From Candidatus Sulfomarinibacteraceae bacterium (lineage in GTDB: Bacteria > Acidobacteriota > Thermoanaerobaculia > Thermoanaerobaculales > Sulfomarinibacteraceae), in the NCBI GenBank assembly GCA_963796455.1, contig CAWCLO010000010.1, positions 320,001-384,000 of the forward strand: DNA of 64,000 nucleotides, written 5' to 3'. The position numbers were made by a program, and so were the translations under genes. This document shows positions 38,016 through 48,055 of the stretch, piece by piece. Under the pieces are notes generated by a model. It ran no database searches, was not told the origin of the DNA, and was given only the letters and a program-made list of their open reading frames with translations. Position 1 is the first letter of the stretch, and each line of letters starts with the position of its first letter.

Positions 38016-38749
38016 AGCCACAAGAGCACGGCCACGGCAAGAAAGGTCCCAAAGGGCAGGGCGGTCTTGCCCGAGCCACGGCCGGAGATGATCAGACCGA
38101 CGCCCACCAGGGCCCCGAGAGTCGCCGCCACTACCAACACGCCGACACAGCCCCGGAGACCGACCACCGCACCGATCGCGGCCAGGTATTTGACATCACC
38201 CCAGCCCATGCCCTCGATCCCCCGCCACATTTTGTAGATGACGATGACCAGGGTCGGAAGGAGCGCCCCGACCGCCGCACCGATGAGGGAGTCCAACCAC
38301 CAGGTATAGCCGCCGAAGTAAGAACAGACGAATCCGAATACGATGGATGGGTAGGTCATGGAGTTGGGCAGAATCTGGAAGTCGAAGTCGATCAGACCGA
38401 GGGCCAGGGAGACCCACGCGAAAACCACAACCTCGAAGGCCGTCAGCGTCAAACCCCAGCGCAGCACCGCCAGCACGGCCAATCCGGCGGACGCGGCCTC
38501 CACCAGCGGATAACGGATCGAAATCGGGTGCCGGCAGCGTCGGCAGCGGCCGCGCAGGGCGAGCCACGAGAGGACCGGCACATTGTCATACCAGCGGATC
38601 GGCGTATCGCAGGATGGGCAGGCCGATCCGGGGTGAACCAGTGATTTTTCGCGCGGTACGCGATAGATGACAACGTTGAGGAACGAACCCACCACCGCTC
38701 CCAGGATTGCGGCAAAGATCAAGACAAACGGTTCTGTTGACCAATCCAT
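37976..38749 (-). CDS. pilD: Prepilin peptidase / N-methyltransferase
   Basis: GSFLNVVIYRVP, two CxxC, MGWGDVK and LPFGTFLA motifs; 3' end overlaps selA by 40 bp. Confidence 0.93.
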   Translation of the reverse strand: MDWSTEPFVLIFAAILGAVVGSFLNVVIYRVPREKSLVHPGSACPSCDTPIRWYDNVPVLSWLALRGRCRRCRHPISIRYPLVEAASAGLAVLAVLRWGLTLTAFEVVVFAWVSLALGLIDFDFQILPNSMTYPSIVFGFVCSYFGGYTWWLDSLIGAAVGALLPTLVIVIYKMWRGIEGMGWGDVKYLAAIGAVVGLRGCVGVLVVAATLGALVGVGLIISGRGSGKTALPFGTFLAVAVLLWLYAPESWLAASPL

Positions 38750-39852
38750 CCGTAGAGCTCCTCCTCTCGGCGCACCATGAGATCACGATCGAATTCTTCG
38801 AGGCCCATCGTCGCCGAGTTCACCAGTCGATCGCGCAGCACAGGATCCTCGAGCACGGCACAAATACCATCCGTCAAAGCGGCCACATCGCCGGCCGGCG
38901 CGAGGAAACCGTTGACCCCCGATCGGAGGACCTCGACGGTCCCGTCAACGGCCGTGGCCACCACCGGCACCCCGGCAGCCAGAGATTCCACCACCGAGCA
39001 TGGCAGACCCTCGTGGCGGGAGGTCAGAACCGAAACCGTGGTGGCCGCCAGGACATCCGGAATGTCGTCCCGCCAGCCGCTGAAAACCAGGCGATCGCCG
39101 ATGTCGAGCGACCGCGCCAGCTCTTTGGCCGAATCAAGTAACGGGCCGTCACCAACCATCAGAAACCAGGACTCGGGAAACCGTTTGCCGACCGCCGCCG
39201 CGGCCCTCACGAAATCGAGCGGCGCCTTCTGTGCCTTGAAATTGCCGATCTGTGTGATCAGCGGTACATCCGGTGGCACACCGAGAAGACGACGCACCGA
39301 TTTTCCGTCGCCGCTGCCGGTGAATCGTCCGATATCGATTCCGGCCCGGATCACCGTCGATCGATCGCGCGGCACCATGCCCATTTCCGCGGCCCGTCGC
39401 CGGTCCGATTCGGAGACCATCACGAAGTGATCGGTGACCCGGGCCAGCATTTTCTCAGCGTTTTTGAAAACGAAACGTACCGGCGGCTTCTGTAGTGGCG
39501 TAAATCCAAAACCGTGAACGGTATGGACGATCGCCGGCACAGCCTCGATTCGGGCCGCCATCCGGCCGAGAATCCCGGCCTTCGACGAGTGGGTGTGAAC
39601 GACATCCGGAGAAAATCGCCGAATCGTCTTTCGCAGCGACGCCATTGCCTTGAGATCATCTATCGGTGCGATCCGGCGGAGCAACGACGCGATCGGAAAG
39701 AGCTCGAGGTCGTCGATTGACTCGGCTTCTTCGTCGAGAAGCTCTCCGGGGCCCCAGGCGAGACCCACCTCGAAGCGCTCGCGGTCAAGGGCTCTGGCGG
39801 TGTGAAGAACCACCCGCTGTGCGCCGCCGAGTTCAAGGCGGGTGATCACCAA
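38719..39852 (-). CDS. Glycosyltransferase family 4; true start possibly CTG at 39876
   Basis: GGAQR, HTHSSKAG and EGLPCSVVESLAAG motifs. Confidence 0.9.
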   Translation of the reverse strand: MVITRLELGGAQRVVLHTARALDRERFEVGLAWGPGELLDEEAESIDDLELFPIASLLRRIAPIDDLKAMASLRKTIRRFSPDVVHTHSSKAGILGRMAARIEAVPAIVHTVHGFGFTPLQKPPVRFVFKNAEKMLARVTDHFVMVSESDRRRAAEMGMVPRDRSTVIRAGIDIGRFTGSGDGKSVRRLLGVPPDVPLITQIGNFKAQKAPLDFVRAAAAVGKRFPESWFLMVGDGPLLDSAKELARSLDIGDRLVFSGWRDDIPDVLAATTVSVLTSRHEGLPCSVVESLAAGVPVVATAVDGTVEVLRSGVNGFLAPAGDVAALTDGICAVLEDPVLRDRLVNSATMGLEEFDRDLMVRREEELYGWIGQQNRLS

Positions 39853-39892
39853 CAGGACCCGGATTCGACGGCTCAGATTCCACCGGGCTCCC

Positions 39893-41196
39893 TCACGCCT
39901 CGGTCGGGCCGGAACCGCTCAGGGTGCGTGCCGCACGCATACCGTCGAGGACCGCGTCCTCCATGGCCGAGTACTTCCACTCCGCCCAACGCCCGGCCAG
40001 GACGACGTCGTGACGCCTGAGCCATGATCGCAGCAGCGCCACCGCTTTTCGCCGCGGGTGATCGAATACCACATAGGCGGGATCGAGGACGGTGATTCGC
40101 CGCACCCGCACAGACTCGCCTGCACCAGTCCGATCTCTTGCAGAGCACTCTCGGCAGCTTCGGCCAAGGCTTCGACCTCGCCTCCCCCGGGATCGAGACT
40201 GAGCTCGACCGAGACCGTATGGTGGCCGTCGGGCGCCAGCTTGCCGTGATTCGAAGGAAAACCGACCCGATAAAACGGCAGCCTGGGATCCGGAAAATAG
40301 AGCCAGTGCTCCGGGCTGGGTGCGTCACCCTCGACTCCCAGGGCCAGATTGAGCACCCGAACCCACCGCAAAACGTCACGCGCCTGTCGCACATCATCTG
40401 GAAGCTCGTCGGCCAGGCTGTCGAGGAATGCCGGCAGCGAGGTGGTGGCCAGCAGCCGGCTCCAGCTCCGGCGACCACCATTTGCCAGCTCGAGCCACTT
40501 TTCCTCGAGATGAACACGCACCACCGAGGATCCAAGCTCGAGCCCGGGGACCCGGGCGGCCACCGCGTCCGGCAACAGTCGGATGCCGCCACGCTCGGGA
40601 TAACGAAAGGTCGCGTTATAACCGACCTCGGCGTCGTGCAACCCGAGGGCACCGTCGATGACCTCTTCGATCTTTGGTTTGGGGACATAGCGGCCAACCC
40701 AGTCAAGGCTCAGCTCTTCCGGTTCGGCTCGATACAGCTTGGAGTTATAGGGAAAGAAGAAGTGTCGCGCAAATCCTTCACCGAATCGTTCGAGCACCCA
40801 GTCGCGAAAATCTCTCGGATCCTCCTCCATCGGAGCCGCCCAGGCCTTCACAAAGCCGAGCAGACAGTCACGCCGAACTTCGGGAGACAGACCGTGGGTG
40901 TTGATCTGGACCGGGTACGGCGTTGTGTGGCCGTCGATCACGATCGCAGCCCGCCGCCGATGAACCGCCAATTTTTGCCAGGCACCGAGTTCCTGCAGAT
41001 AGGCCTCGGTCTCGGGTCGCGCCACGTGCAAGAGATGGCCCGTATAGTCGAAGGTGAAGCCTTCGGCGCTGACGCTTCGGCAGGCGCCACCCGCTTCCAT
41101 TTCGCGTTCGAAAACAGGCACCGAAATCCCGGCGCGCTCCAGTTGTTCGCCTGCCACCAACCCCGTCAATCCTCCACCGACAATGACAATCGACAT
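39893..41196 (-). pseudogene. FAD-dependent oxidoreductase (UDP-galactopyranose mutase / protoporphyrinogen oxidase-like), frameshifted near 40113-40122
   Basis: GGGLTGL...GFTFDYTGH...YPVQ in one frame; the conserved C-terminus AYVVFD...GRWAEWKYSAMEDA lies in another frame (ORF 39893-40111). Confidence 0.8.
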
Positions 41197-42197
41197 CAGG
41201 CCTCCATTGGAACGGTCGCAAGCCATCCCAGCAGAGCGATCACCACCGCCGCCACGACCCCGGTGAGAATCATCGTCGACAGCGGGTCGAGATAAAGCAC
41301 CACCAGTCCGAGGGAGCCAAAGACAACAGCAACCGCATAGCTGACCACGACGGTTCCGGCGGTCCAACCATCGAGCCGGCGCCTGACCCGCAAGGGAAAA
41401 TGATCGGGGCTGCCGTAGTAGACCTTGCGGCCCGCCCGAATCCTGAGAACGATGACGTAGAGCGTATCGATGATCGGCACCGCGAGAATATAAAGCGGAG
41501 CCAACCACCCGAGCGGATTGTGGGTGGTGTAGTCCATCACCATCGCCAGGGCGCCGAGAGTCAGCCCGATAAAGAGGCTGCCGCAGTCGCCGAGATAGAT
41601 CTTGGCCGGATAAAAATTTGAACGCAAAAAGCCGAGCAGCGCTCCGATCAGAGCGACCGTGAACGCAGCCACCATAAAACGACCGTTGAGCAATGCGACC
41701 ACCAGGAGAAAGGTCGCAGCAATGACGCCGAGGCCGCTGGCGAGCCCATCCATGATATCGACCAGGTTGAAAGCATTCGAGAGACCGACCAACCACACGA
41801 TGGTGACCGCCAGGCGCAGCCACCAGGGCATGAAGGCGATCTGGACCATGATCCCCGCCTTGAGGAGCACGAAGACCGCAACAACCTGCCCGATCGCTTT
41901 GGGCTTTGGCGTCAAGGCGCCAAAGTCATCCACCAGGCCCACCGTGGTGACGATGGTGGAGGCGAGCAACAAAGCCAGGAGATCGGCATCGAACTCGAAA
42001 GTCATCCCGATCGACAACAGGAAGGCGGAAAAGACCGCCAGGCCCCCGAGGTAGGCAACCGGCTCGCGGTGGTTCTTGAGGTTGCCATCCGGTCGGTCGA
42101 CAACGCCAAAACGAAGCGCAGCATCGCGAGCCATCGGCGTACCCACGATGGCCAGAAAATAGGCAAGGAAGAAACCGAGAATGAGTCGAATCGTCAT
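41196..42197 (-). CDS. MraY/WecA-family polyprenyl-phosphate sugar-1-phosphate transferase
   Basis: GLVDD, NAFNLVDIMDGLA and IYLGDCGS motifs; multi-TM. Confidence 0.9.
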   Translation of the reverse strand: MTIRLILGFFLAYFLAIVGTPMARDAALRFGVVDRPDGNLKNHREPVAYLGGLAVFSAFLLSIGMTFEFDADLLALLLASTIVTTVGLVDDFGALTPKPKAIGQVVAVFVLLKAGIMVQIAFMPWWLRLAVTIVWLVGLSNAFNLVDIMDGLASGLGVIAATFLLVVALLNGRFMVAAFTVALIGALLGFLRSNFYPAKIYLGDCGSLFIGLTLGALAMVMDYTTHNPLGWLAPLYILAVPIIDTLYVIVLRIRAGRKVYYGSPDHFPLRVRRRLDGWTAGTVVVSYAVAVVFGSLGLVVLYLDPLSTMILTGVVAAVVIALLGWLATVPMEA

Positions 42198-43153
42198 AGC
42201 AGCTCGTGCAACCTCCGACGGCTATATCGGCGCCGTTGTTTCCATTCACGCACCACCATCGGCCAGCGCCGACGCAGATGCCCGATCAGGGCCGGTCGTT
42301 GCAGCCCTCCAAGAGCGACCAGCGCCGAATCCCAACCCAAGAGTAGGGGGAGCCGCGGTGCCAGATCAAGGGTGTGGAGGTGCCGCAGCAAAGTCATCCA
42401 GCGATTGCTGAGGATACACGCTTCCAATTCGGGCGGCCGCCGCCAGCGCAACGGCCCCGAACCTTCGATTGCTCCGGCACCACGCCCGTGGGTGGCAACT
42501 GCGTCAGGAAAAGCATGGATTTCCCAGCCACGATTGACCAGCCGCCAGCCGATCTCGAGGTCCTCCCAGAAACAGAAAAAGTGCTGCGCCCAGGGCCCGT
42601 GATCATCCGCGACCTCTTCGAGGGCGGTTTGGCGGAAAACCGCAAGTGCGCCGCAGGGGGCAAGGACTCGTTGTCCGGTCATCAATTCCGGCGACAGCTC
42701 CGCACCATATCCGCGGTCTTTGACCTCGAGCGTCAGCCCATTGAGGACCTGGCCGACGCTATCGACCGTCAGACCATCGGATCGCATGAGTCTCGGTGCG
42801 AGCCCGGCGAGCCGCTCGTCCGATCGAATCTCCCCGGCACATTTCGAGAGACCGGTGGGCGACACCTCCACATCCGGATTGAGAAATGCCAGTACGTCGT
42901 GGCGATCTCCAAGTTCCCGAAAGCCTCGATTGCACCCTCCGGCAAAACCGGTGTTGATCTCTTCTGCAACCAACTTGATCCGCGGGTCCTTGAGTCCGAG
43001 CACCACATCTCTTGATCCGTCGCTGGAGGCGTTGTCAACCACCACCACGGAGTCGATGTCGTCGGCTCCGGTCAGTGCGCCGAGACACGCGCCGAGATCG
43101 TCGGCTGAGTTGTGGCTGACCACAACAACCCCAATACCGGCTGCTCCGCTCAT
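42194..43153 (-). CDS. Glycosyltransferase family 2
   Basis: VVDNASSDGS, NTGFAGGCN, FLNPD and WEDLEIGWR motifs. Confidence 0.9.
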   Translation of the reverse strand: MSGAAGIGVVVVSHNSADDLGACLGALTGADDIDSVVVVDNASSDGSRDVVLGLKDPRIKLVAEEINTGFAGGCNRGFRELGDRHDVLAFLNPDVEVSPTGLSKCAGEIRSDERLAGLAPRLMRSDGLTVDSVGQVLNGLTLEVKDRGYGAELSPELMTGQRVLAPCGALAVFRQTALEEVADDHGPWAQHFFCFWEDLEIGWRLVNRGWEIHAFPDAVATHGRGAGAIEGSGPLRWRRPPELEACILSNRWMTLLRHLHTLDLAPRLPLLLGWDSALVALGGLQRPALIGHLRRRWPMVVREWKQRRRYSRRRLHELL

Positions 43154-43295
43154 GCTATTCGCGGCGCGCTCGCGGTGCGCGGAGTCTCGACTCGGAGAGA
43201 AGGTGGCTGCGATCGGACATCTATTGATTATACGGCCAGCATCCGGGCGCCTGGCACGAACCGGGCGGAAGCACCATTCGAGCAATACTGCGACA

Positions 43296-45035
43296 ATGGT
43301 ATTGATGAACGACGGCGCCCGAAGAATTTCATCCTTTGTCGGCACACGACCCTGGCTTCAGATCGGTCTTCTCCTGATGCTGATCGCTCTCGTGTTGTCG
43401 CCGATTCTGAAAGCCGAGTTCCTGTGGGACGATTTTGTCCAGATCGTGGAATCGCAGACGATCGATGACCTCTCGTTGATCCCCTTTTATTTCACCCACA
43501 ACGTCGTGGAATCGGCGGGCCGCGCCGGGGTCAACGCACCGGGGGTCGATCTCTACCGCCCCTTCTTCATGGTTGCTCTGGCCCTCATCCACACGATCAA
43601 CGGTCCCGATCCGTTCTGGTTTCACCTCGCCCTCGTGGCGGTGCATCTCGGGGTCTGCCTGTTGCTCTGGATCATCGCCTCGAGGTGGTTGCCTTCACGC
43701 TGGGCGGCCGCTGCCGCGGTGCTTTTCTTTGCCTGTCATCCGGTGACTGCCGAGGCCTATCTCTGGCCCTCGGCAATCTCTGAACCGATGGCCGCCGCCG
43801 GTTTTCTGGCTGCGATCGCGGTGCTCGATCGCCATTGCCGGGGCAGACAAAAATCGACAGCCAACATATCGGCATCGATTTTCGCGGCTGCCCTGTTCTT
43901 CTTCGGAATCATGTCGAAGGAGGCGGTGTTGATGGCGCTGCCTGCCGCTACGGCTTATCTGATGATCATCCGGAGGGTCCCCCTGAGGGCGGTCGCGCCC
44001 ACCTGGTTCGCAGGGTTCGTATTTCTTGCCATGAGGTATTCGGCTCTCGGCGGTCTTCAGGCCACCGGACAGGATGTGGCGCAACGGTTGACAGCGCTCA
44101 AAATCTATCCGGTGCTGTTCCTGGACGCGTTTCGTGCGATGTTGACCATGCAGCCGATCGGGGTCCGACACCTGTCTTGGGAGTACGCAAATATCAGTTG
44201 GAGCCAAAGTGCCTTGGCCCTGCTTGGTTGCGGAGCAGTCCTCGCCGGCGCCGTCGCTCTGATTCGCATCGCACCCCTCACGCTGACCGCCGTTGTGACC
44301 ACCAGCATGATGATCGCTCCAATTGCCTTGGTGGCTTCGGTCCCAGGATGGGGCGGCTTCGGACGGTATCTCTACGTTCCGCTCGCAATGAGTGTTCTCG
44401 CTCTTGCCGAACTCGGTATCGTCATTCACGCATGGTTGATCGACCGTCAACCTCGTCTCGGGTGGGCGGTCCCGGCAGTGGTCGTAGCAGCGCTTGTGGT
44501 CGGCCAGATCGGTCTGCGCCACGCCTTGTGGGTCTACTCCAACCAGGAAAACCTCGCCCGTGCCGCGATCGAGATTTATCCCGATGGGCCCGATGCCTGG
44601 GAGTGGCTCGGCAACGTCTACATGGAACGCGGCGATCTGCGGCAGGCGCTGGAATATTATCGCGGCGCCACCGAACGCGGGCCCGATCTCTTCCGACCTC
44701 GCCACAATCTGGCGGCAGCCTCACTCTACACCGGAGATCCCCAGGGAGCACTCGACGAGCTCGCTCTCCTCGAGTCACGCCATCCCCCGACCGCCATGGG
44801 GAGCCGGATCAAGGTCACCGCCCTGATCGAGCTCGGGAGGTGGGACGAGGCTGCGGCAAAATTGATCGAAGGATTCGATAACGATCCCGAATCCCCCGAT
44901 CTCGCCGCCGTCGCCAAACGACTGCTCGACGACCACCCCGAACCGGCGCGGTTGCAGGATTGGCTGGAAATCGAACTCGCAAAACCCGAGCACGCCGGCG
45001 CTGCCCGTTCGATCAGAGCCCTCCGTCAGCTCTGA
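43296..45035 (+). CDS. TMTC-like multi-TM GT-C glycosyltransferase with C-terminal TPRs
   Basis: FLWDD, YRP, HPVTAEA, SKE and RYLYVP motifs followed by TPR repeats. Confidence 0.75.
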   Translation: MVLMNDGARRISSFVGTRPWLQIGLLLMLIALVLSPILKAEFLWDDFVQIVESQTIDDLSLIPFYFTHNVVESAGRAGVNAPGVDLYRPFFMVALALIHTINGPDPFWFHLALVAVHLGVCLLLWIIASRWLPSRWAAAAAVLFFACHPVTAEAYLWPSAISEPMAAAGFLAAIAVLDRHCRGRQKSTANISASIFAAALFFFGIMSKEAVLMALPAATAYLMIIRRVPLRAVAPTWFAGFVFLAMRYSALGGLQATGQDVAQRLTALKIYPVLFLDAFRAMLTMQPIGVRHLSWEYANISWSQSALALLGCGAVLAGAVALIRIAPLTLTAVVTTSMMIAPIALVASVPGWGGFGRYLYVPLAMSVLALAELGIVIHAWLIDRQPRLGWAVPAVVVAALVVGQIGLRHALWVYSNQENLARAAIEIYPDGPDAWEWLGNVYMERGDLRQALEYYRGATERGPDLFRPRHNLAAASLYTGDPQGALDELALLESRHPPTAMGSRIKVTALIELGRWDEAAAKLIEGFDNDPESPDLAAVAKRLLDDHPEPARLQDWLEIELAKPEHAGAARSIRALRQL

Positions 45036-46192
45036 ATCGAAGCAACCCTTTCGAAGATTGTCTCCATTTTGCCGACATGATCCGCAACCGAGAATCGGTT
45101 CAGTGCGCGCCTGCTACCGGCCGCGCCAAAAGCCTCCAGCAACTCGCGATCATCGGCCAATCGGATGATTCCATCGGCCAGGCCTTCGGTATCGCCGGTG
45201 TTGACGATGAACCCATTCTCACCATTGATCAGCATTTCCGGAACCCCGCCGCCGTCGTAGGCCACCACCGGCTTGGCCGCCGCCATCGCTTCCATGATCA
45301 CCCGCGGCAGCGGATCGGGCCACAAAGTGGTGAGAGCCACGAGGTCAACCGCCGAAAGCAGCGACCAGATATCCGGCTGGGGCGGTACCCGATGGACCCT
45401 CCCTGCGGCCGGACTGCGGCCAATCTCCAGATCGAGCCTCGATAAAAAATCCGGCGGGCCGTGACCGGCTATCAGGAAATGCATATCGGGTAAACGGCGG
45501 CCGGCAATCGCCGCCGCACGGACGAAATCAAGGGCACCCTTGTGCTCGACGACCTGGCTGAAGATCCCGACCACGCAGGCTTCCGGCGGCAGCCCCAGGG
45601 CCATTCGTGCCGCATTTCGATCGGGCAGCGTTGCCGGGGGTGAGACACCGTTGTGCACCACCTCCACGAGGTCACTCAGTCCTTCCTCCCGCACCCAATC
45701 CGCAACAGCCTCACTCACCGCGACGATGCGGGTCGCATCGCGCCGCAGTCGATCGGCAAACCAGCGCCGACGAGGACCAGGAGGCAGGATCTCCCGCAGG
45801 TGCCAGACCACCGGCAGCCCGCATGCCCTGGCCGCACCGGCACCCCGAAGATGGGGCAGACAATTGACATGGACCAGATCCGGCCGCTCCCGGACGAGCC
45901 ATTTGCGCAGATCGCCGGATCCCGGATCCGGAAGGACATAGCGCACGGATCGGGCCGCCTGTCGCCATAGGGGTTGGTGTCCGTATTGGACCAACCAGCA
46001 CATGCGCACCGGAATGGAATCGACGCTGACTCCGGCGGCGGTGAGATCCTCGGCAAGCGCCCATTCTCCGGGCGCGGTCACAGCCACCGAGTGCCCTCGC
46101 CCGTGCAGACCACGGGCCAACAACGCAAGGCTGTGTTCGGCACCGGTCGGTGCGACAGGCGATGCTTCGTGGGAAAGCAGCGCGATCTTCAA
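45026..46192 (-). CDS. Glycosyltransferase family 4
   Basis: VVWHLRE, HKG and DPLPRVIMEAMAAAKPVV motifs. Confidence 0.9.
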   Translation of the reverse strand: MKIALLSHEASPVAPTGAEHSLALLARGLHGRGHSVAVTAPGEWALAEDLTAAGVSVDSIPVRMCWLVQYGHQPLWRQAARSVRYVLPDPGSGDLRKWLVRERPDLVHVNCLPHLRGAGAARACGLPVVWHLREILPPGPRRRWFADRLRRDATRIVAVSEAVADWVREEGLSDLVEVVHNGVSPPATLPDRNAARMALGLPPEACVVGIFSQVVEHKGALDFVRAAAIAGRRLPDMHFLIAGHGPPDFLSRLDLEIGRSPAAGRVHRVPPQPDIWSLLSAVDLVALTTLWPDPLPRVIMEAMAAAKPVVAYDGGGVPEMLINGENGFIVNTGDTEGLADGIIRLADDRELLEAFGAAGSRRALNRFSVADHVGKMETIFERVASIQS

Positions 46193-48048
46193 CGCACTTC
46201 GCCCGTTTCAAGCCACCGGGACAGCACGACCAGCGCCCACAACTGCTTACCGTGGTCATGCCGACCCTCGAGATGCTGCTCGACCATCTCAGCGACAACC
46301 TCCGGTCGCAAAACACCGGCACGTTGGAGTTTTTCCGGTGCCAGCAAATCCGACATCGCCGGCCGCAGCGCACCACGCAACCAGGCGCCGATCGGCACTT
46401 CGAAGCCCCGTTTGCGTCGATGAGTGGCCTCTTGCGGAAGCAGACCCTCGGACGACGCGCGAAGCAGCATCTTGTCCTTGAACAGGCTCTGCTTGAGCCC
46501 TCCAGAGAGCCCGAGCATCAGATCCACAACCCCGTTGTCGAGGTATGGCACCCGGACCTCGAGCGAGTGCGCCATCGACATCCGATCAACTTTCGGCAGC
46601 AGATCGCCGGGCAGAAAAACTTCTCGATCCGTCATCAACCTGCCGTTGACGGGATCGGAGTCTGCCAACTGAAGCCACCGTTCGGCGAGCTCGGAATAGC
46701 TCCGCCACATCTCCTCGTCCCGACCCGTTGGCATGGCCACCCGATCGATTTGTTCGGCGGAAAAGAGCCGGCCCCAGTCGAGCTGGCGCTTCAGACCAGG
46801 TTGCATCCGGAGTCGCTTCTGGAGACGGGTGGAAGGCGCGCGACCCGCCATCCTCATCACCAAGGGGAGCACACGCCTCCCGAGCCCGCCCATCCGATCG
46901 AGGGCGACGTCGTAGCGCTGGCGTGCGTAACCACCAAAGATCTCATCCGCCCCCTCACCGGAGAGCGCGACGGTGGCCTCCTCCCGTGCCAGGCGGCACA
47001 TGTACCAGGTTGGTATGGCCGTGGGATCAGCCAACGGCGCGTCAAGCCCGTCGACGATGGCCCCGAGATCACGGGCGACGTCCTCGGCGCACATCATGTG
47101 CTCGTGATGATCACTGCCGAGATACTCGGCGACCTCGCGGGCATAGGGAAGTTCATTGACCGCGTCGGGTCCTTCGAAGCCGATTGAAAAGGTCCGCAGA
47201 GGGCCCGTCACGGCCTTGTGTGCGAGCGCGCACAGAGTGCTCGAGTCGAGCCCCCCGGAGAGAAATACACCCACCGGAACATCCGCCACCAGTTGGTCCT
47301 CCACCGATCGCTGCAATGCAGCGCGAAGGGCCTCGGTCACATTCTCTCCGGACAAGGCGGTTGCATCGGGTTTGGGGGGAACCCAGTATTGATCGAGCCG
47401 CTCGACGCCACCGCTCTCCACCGCGAGCATCGTTGCCGGAGGCAGCGATCTGACACCAATCAGGGGGGCGGCCTCGGGCGCCAGAAACCCGAAGCTGAGG
47501 TAGTGGTGAAGTTGCACGGGGTCGAGTTCCACCGATGATGGGAAAGCTCCCGCTCGCAACGCTCTGATTTCCGAAGCGAATGCGAGTTCGCCCCGATCAC
47601 GGCACAGGTAGAGCGGTTTGATTCCAAAACGATCGCGCGCCAGATACAAGGTGGCGCACTGAGCATCCCACATCGCCAGCGCAAACATCCCATTGAGTCG
47701 CGCGACGCAGCGCGGGCCTTCCTCAGACCACAATCGCAGCACCACCTCCACATCTCCCGTGGTGCGAAAACGATGCCCTTTGGCCTGCAGCTCCTTGCGC
47801 AACTGTCGGAAATTGTAGATTTCTCCGTTGAGTACGATGGCGAGCTTTCGCTCGTGATCGACGATCGGTTGTTGCCCGGTTTCGAGATCGATCACCGCCA
47901 GACGCCGAAAACCCAGCGTCACCTTGTCGTCGTCGAAGTAGCCGTCGTCGTCCGGGCCGCGATGGATCAGGGCGCCGGTCATCTCCTCCACCCGTGATCT
48001 GCGCCGCGGGACATCGGGCCCACCGAGAATTCCGGCTATGCCGCACAT
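46189..48048 (-). CDS. asnB: Asparagine synthase (glutamine-hydrolysing)-type amidotransferase
   Basis: MCGIAG, HRGPD, NGEIYN, LSGGLDSS, SGEGADEIFGGY and KVDRMSMAHSLEVRVP motifs. Confidence 0.93.
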   Translation of the reverse strand: MCGIAGILGGPDVPRRRSRVEEMTGALIHRGPDDDGYFDDDKVTLGFRRLAVIDLETGQQPIVDHERKLAIVLNGEIYNFRQLRKELQAKGHRFRTTGDVEVVLRLWSEEGPRCVARLNGMFALAMWDAQCATLYLARDRFGIKPLYLCRDRGELAFASEIRALRAGAFPSSVELDPVQLHHYLSFGFLAPEAAPLIGVRSLPPATMLAVESGGVERLDQYWVPPKPDATALSGENVTEALRAALQRSVEDQLVADVPVGVFLSGGLDSSTLCALAHKAVTGPLRTFSIGFEGPDAVNELPYAREVAEYLGSDHHEHMMCAEDVARDLGAIVDGLDAPLADPTAIPTWYMCRLAREEATVALSGEGADEIFGGYARQRYDVALDRMGGLGRRVLPLVMRMAGRAPSTRLQKRLRMQPGLKRQLDWGRLFSAEQIDRVAMPTGRDEEMWRSYSELAERWLQLADSDPVNGRLMTDREVFLPGDLLPKVDRMSMAHSLEVRVPYLDNGVVDLMLGLSGGLKQSLFKDKMLLRASSEGLLPQEATHRRKRGFEVPIGAWLRGALRPAMSDLLAPEKLQRAGVLRPEVVAEMVEQHLEGRHDHGKQLWALVVLSRWLETGEVR

Positions 48049-48055
48049 TGATCGA

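Noticed and set aside
39919..41823. 634-aa ORF suggesting an MraY-oxidoreductase fusion
   Set aside because: The N-terminal part is an out-of-frame overlap with the MraY-like gene. The real start is MSIVIVGG at 41196, and the tail is frameshifted.
42720..43295. Long N-terminal extensions in the ORF track (TMTC-like, asnB, cfa, neuB, SDR, pmbA)
   Set aside because: They overlap neighbouring genes. Downstream starts with SD sequences or family-typical N-termini fit better.
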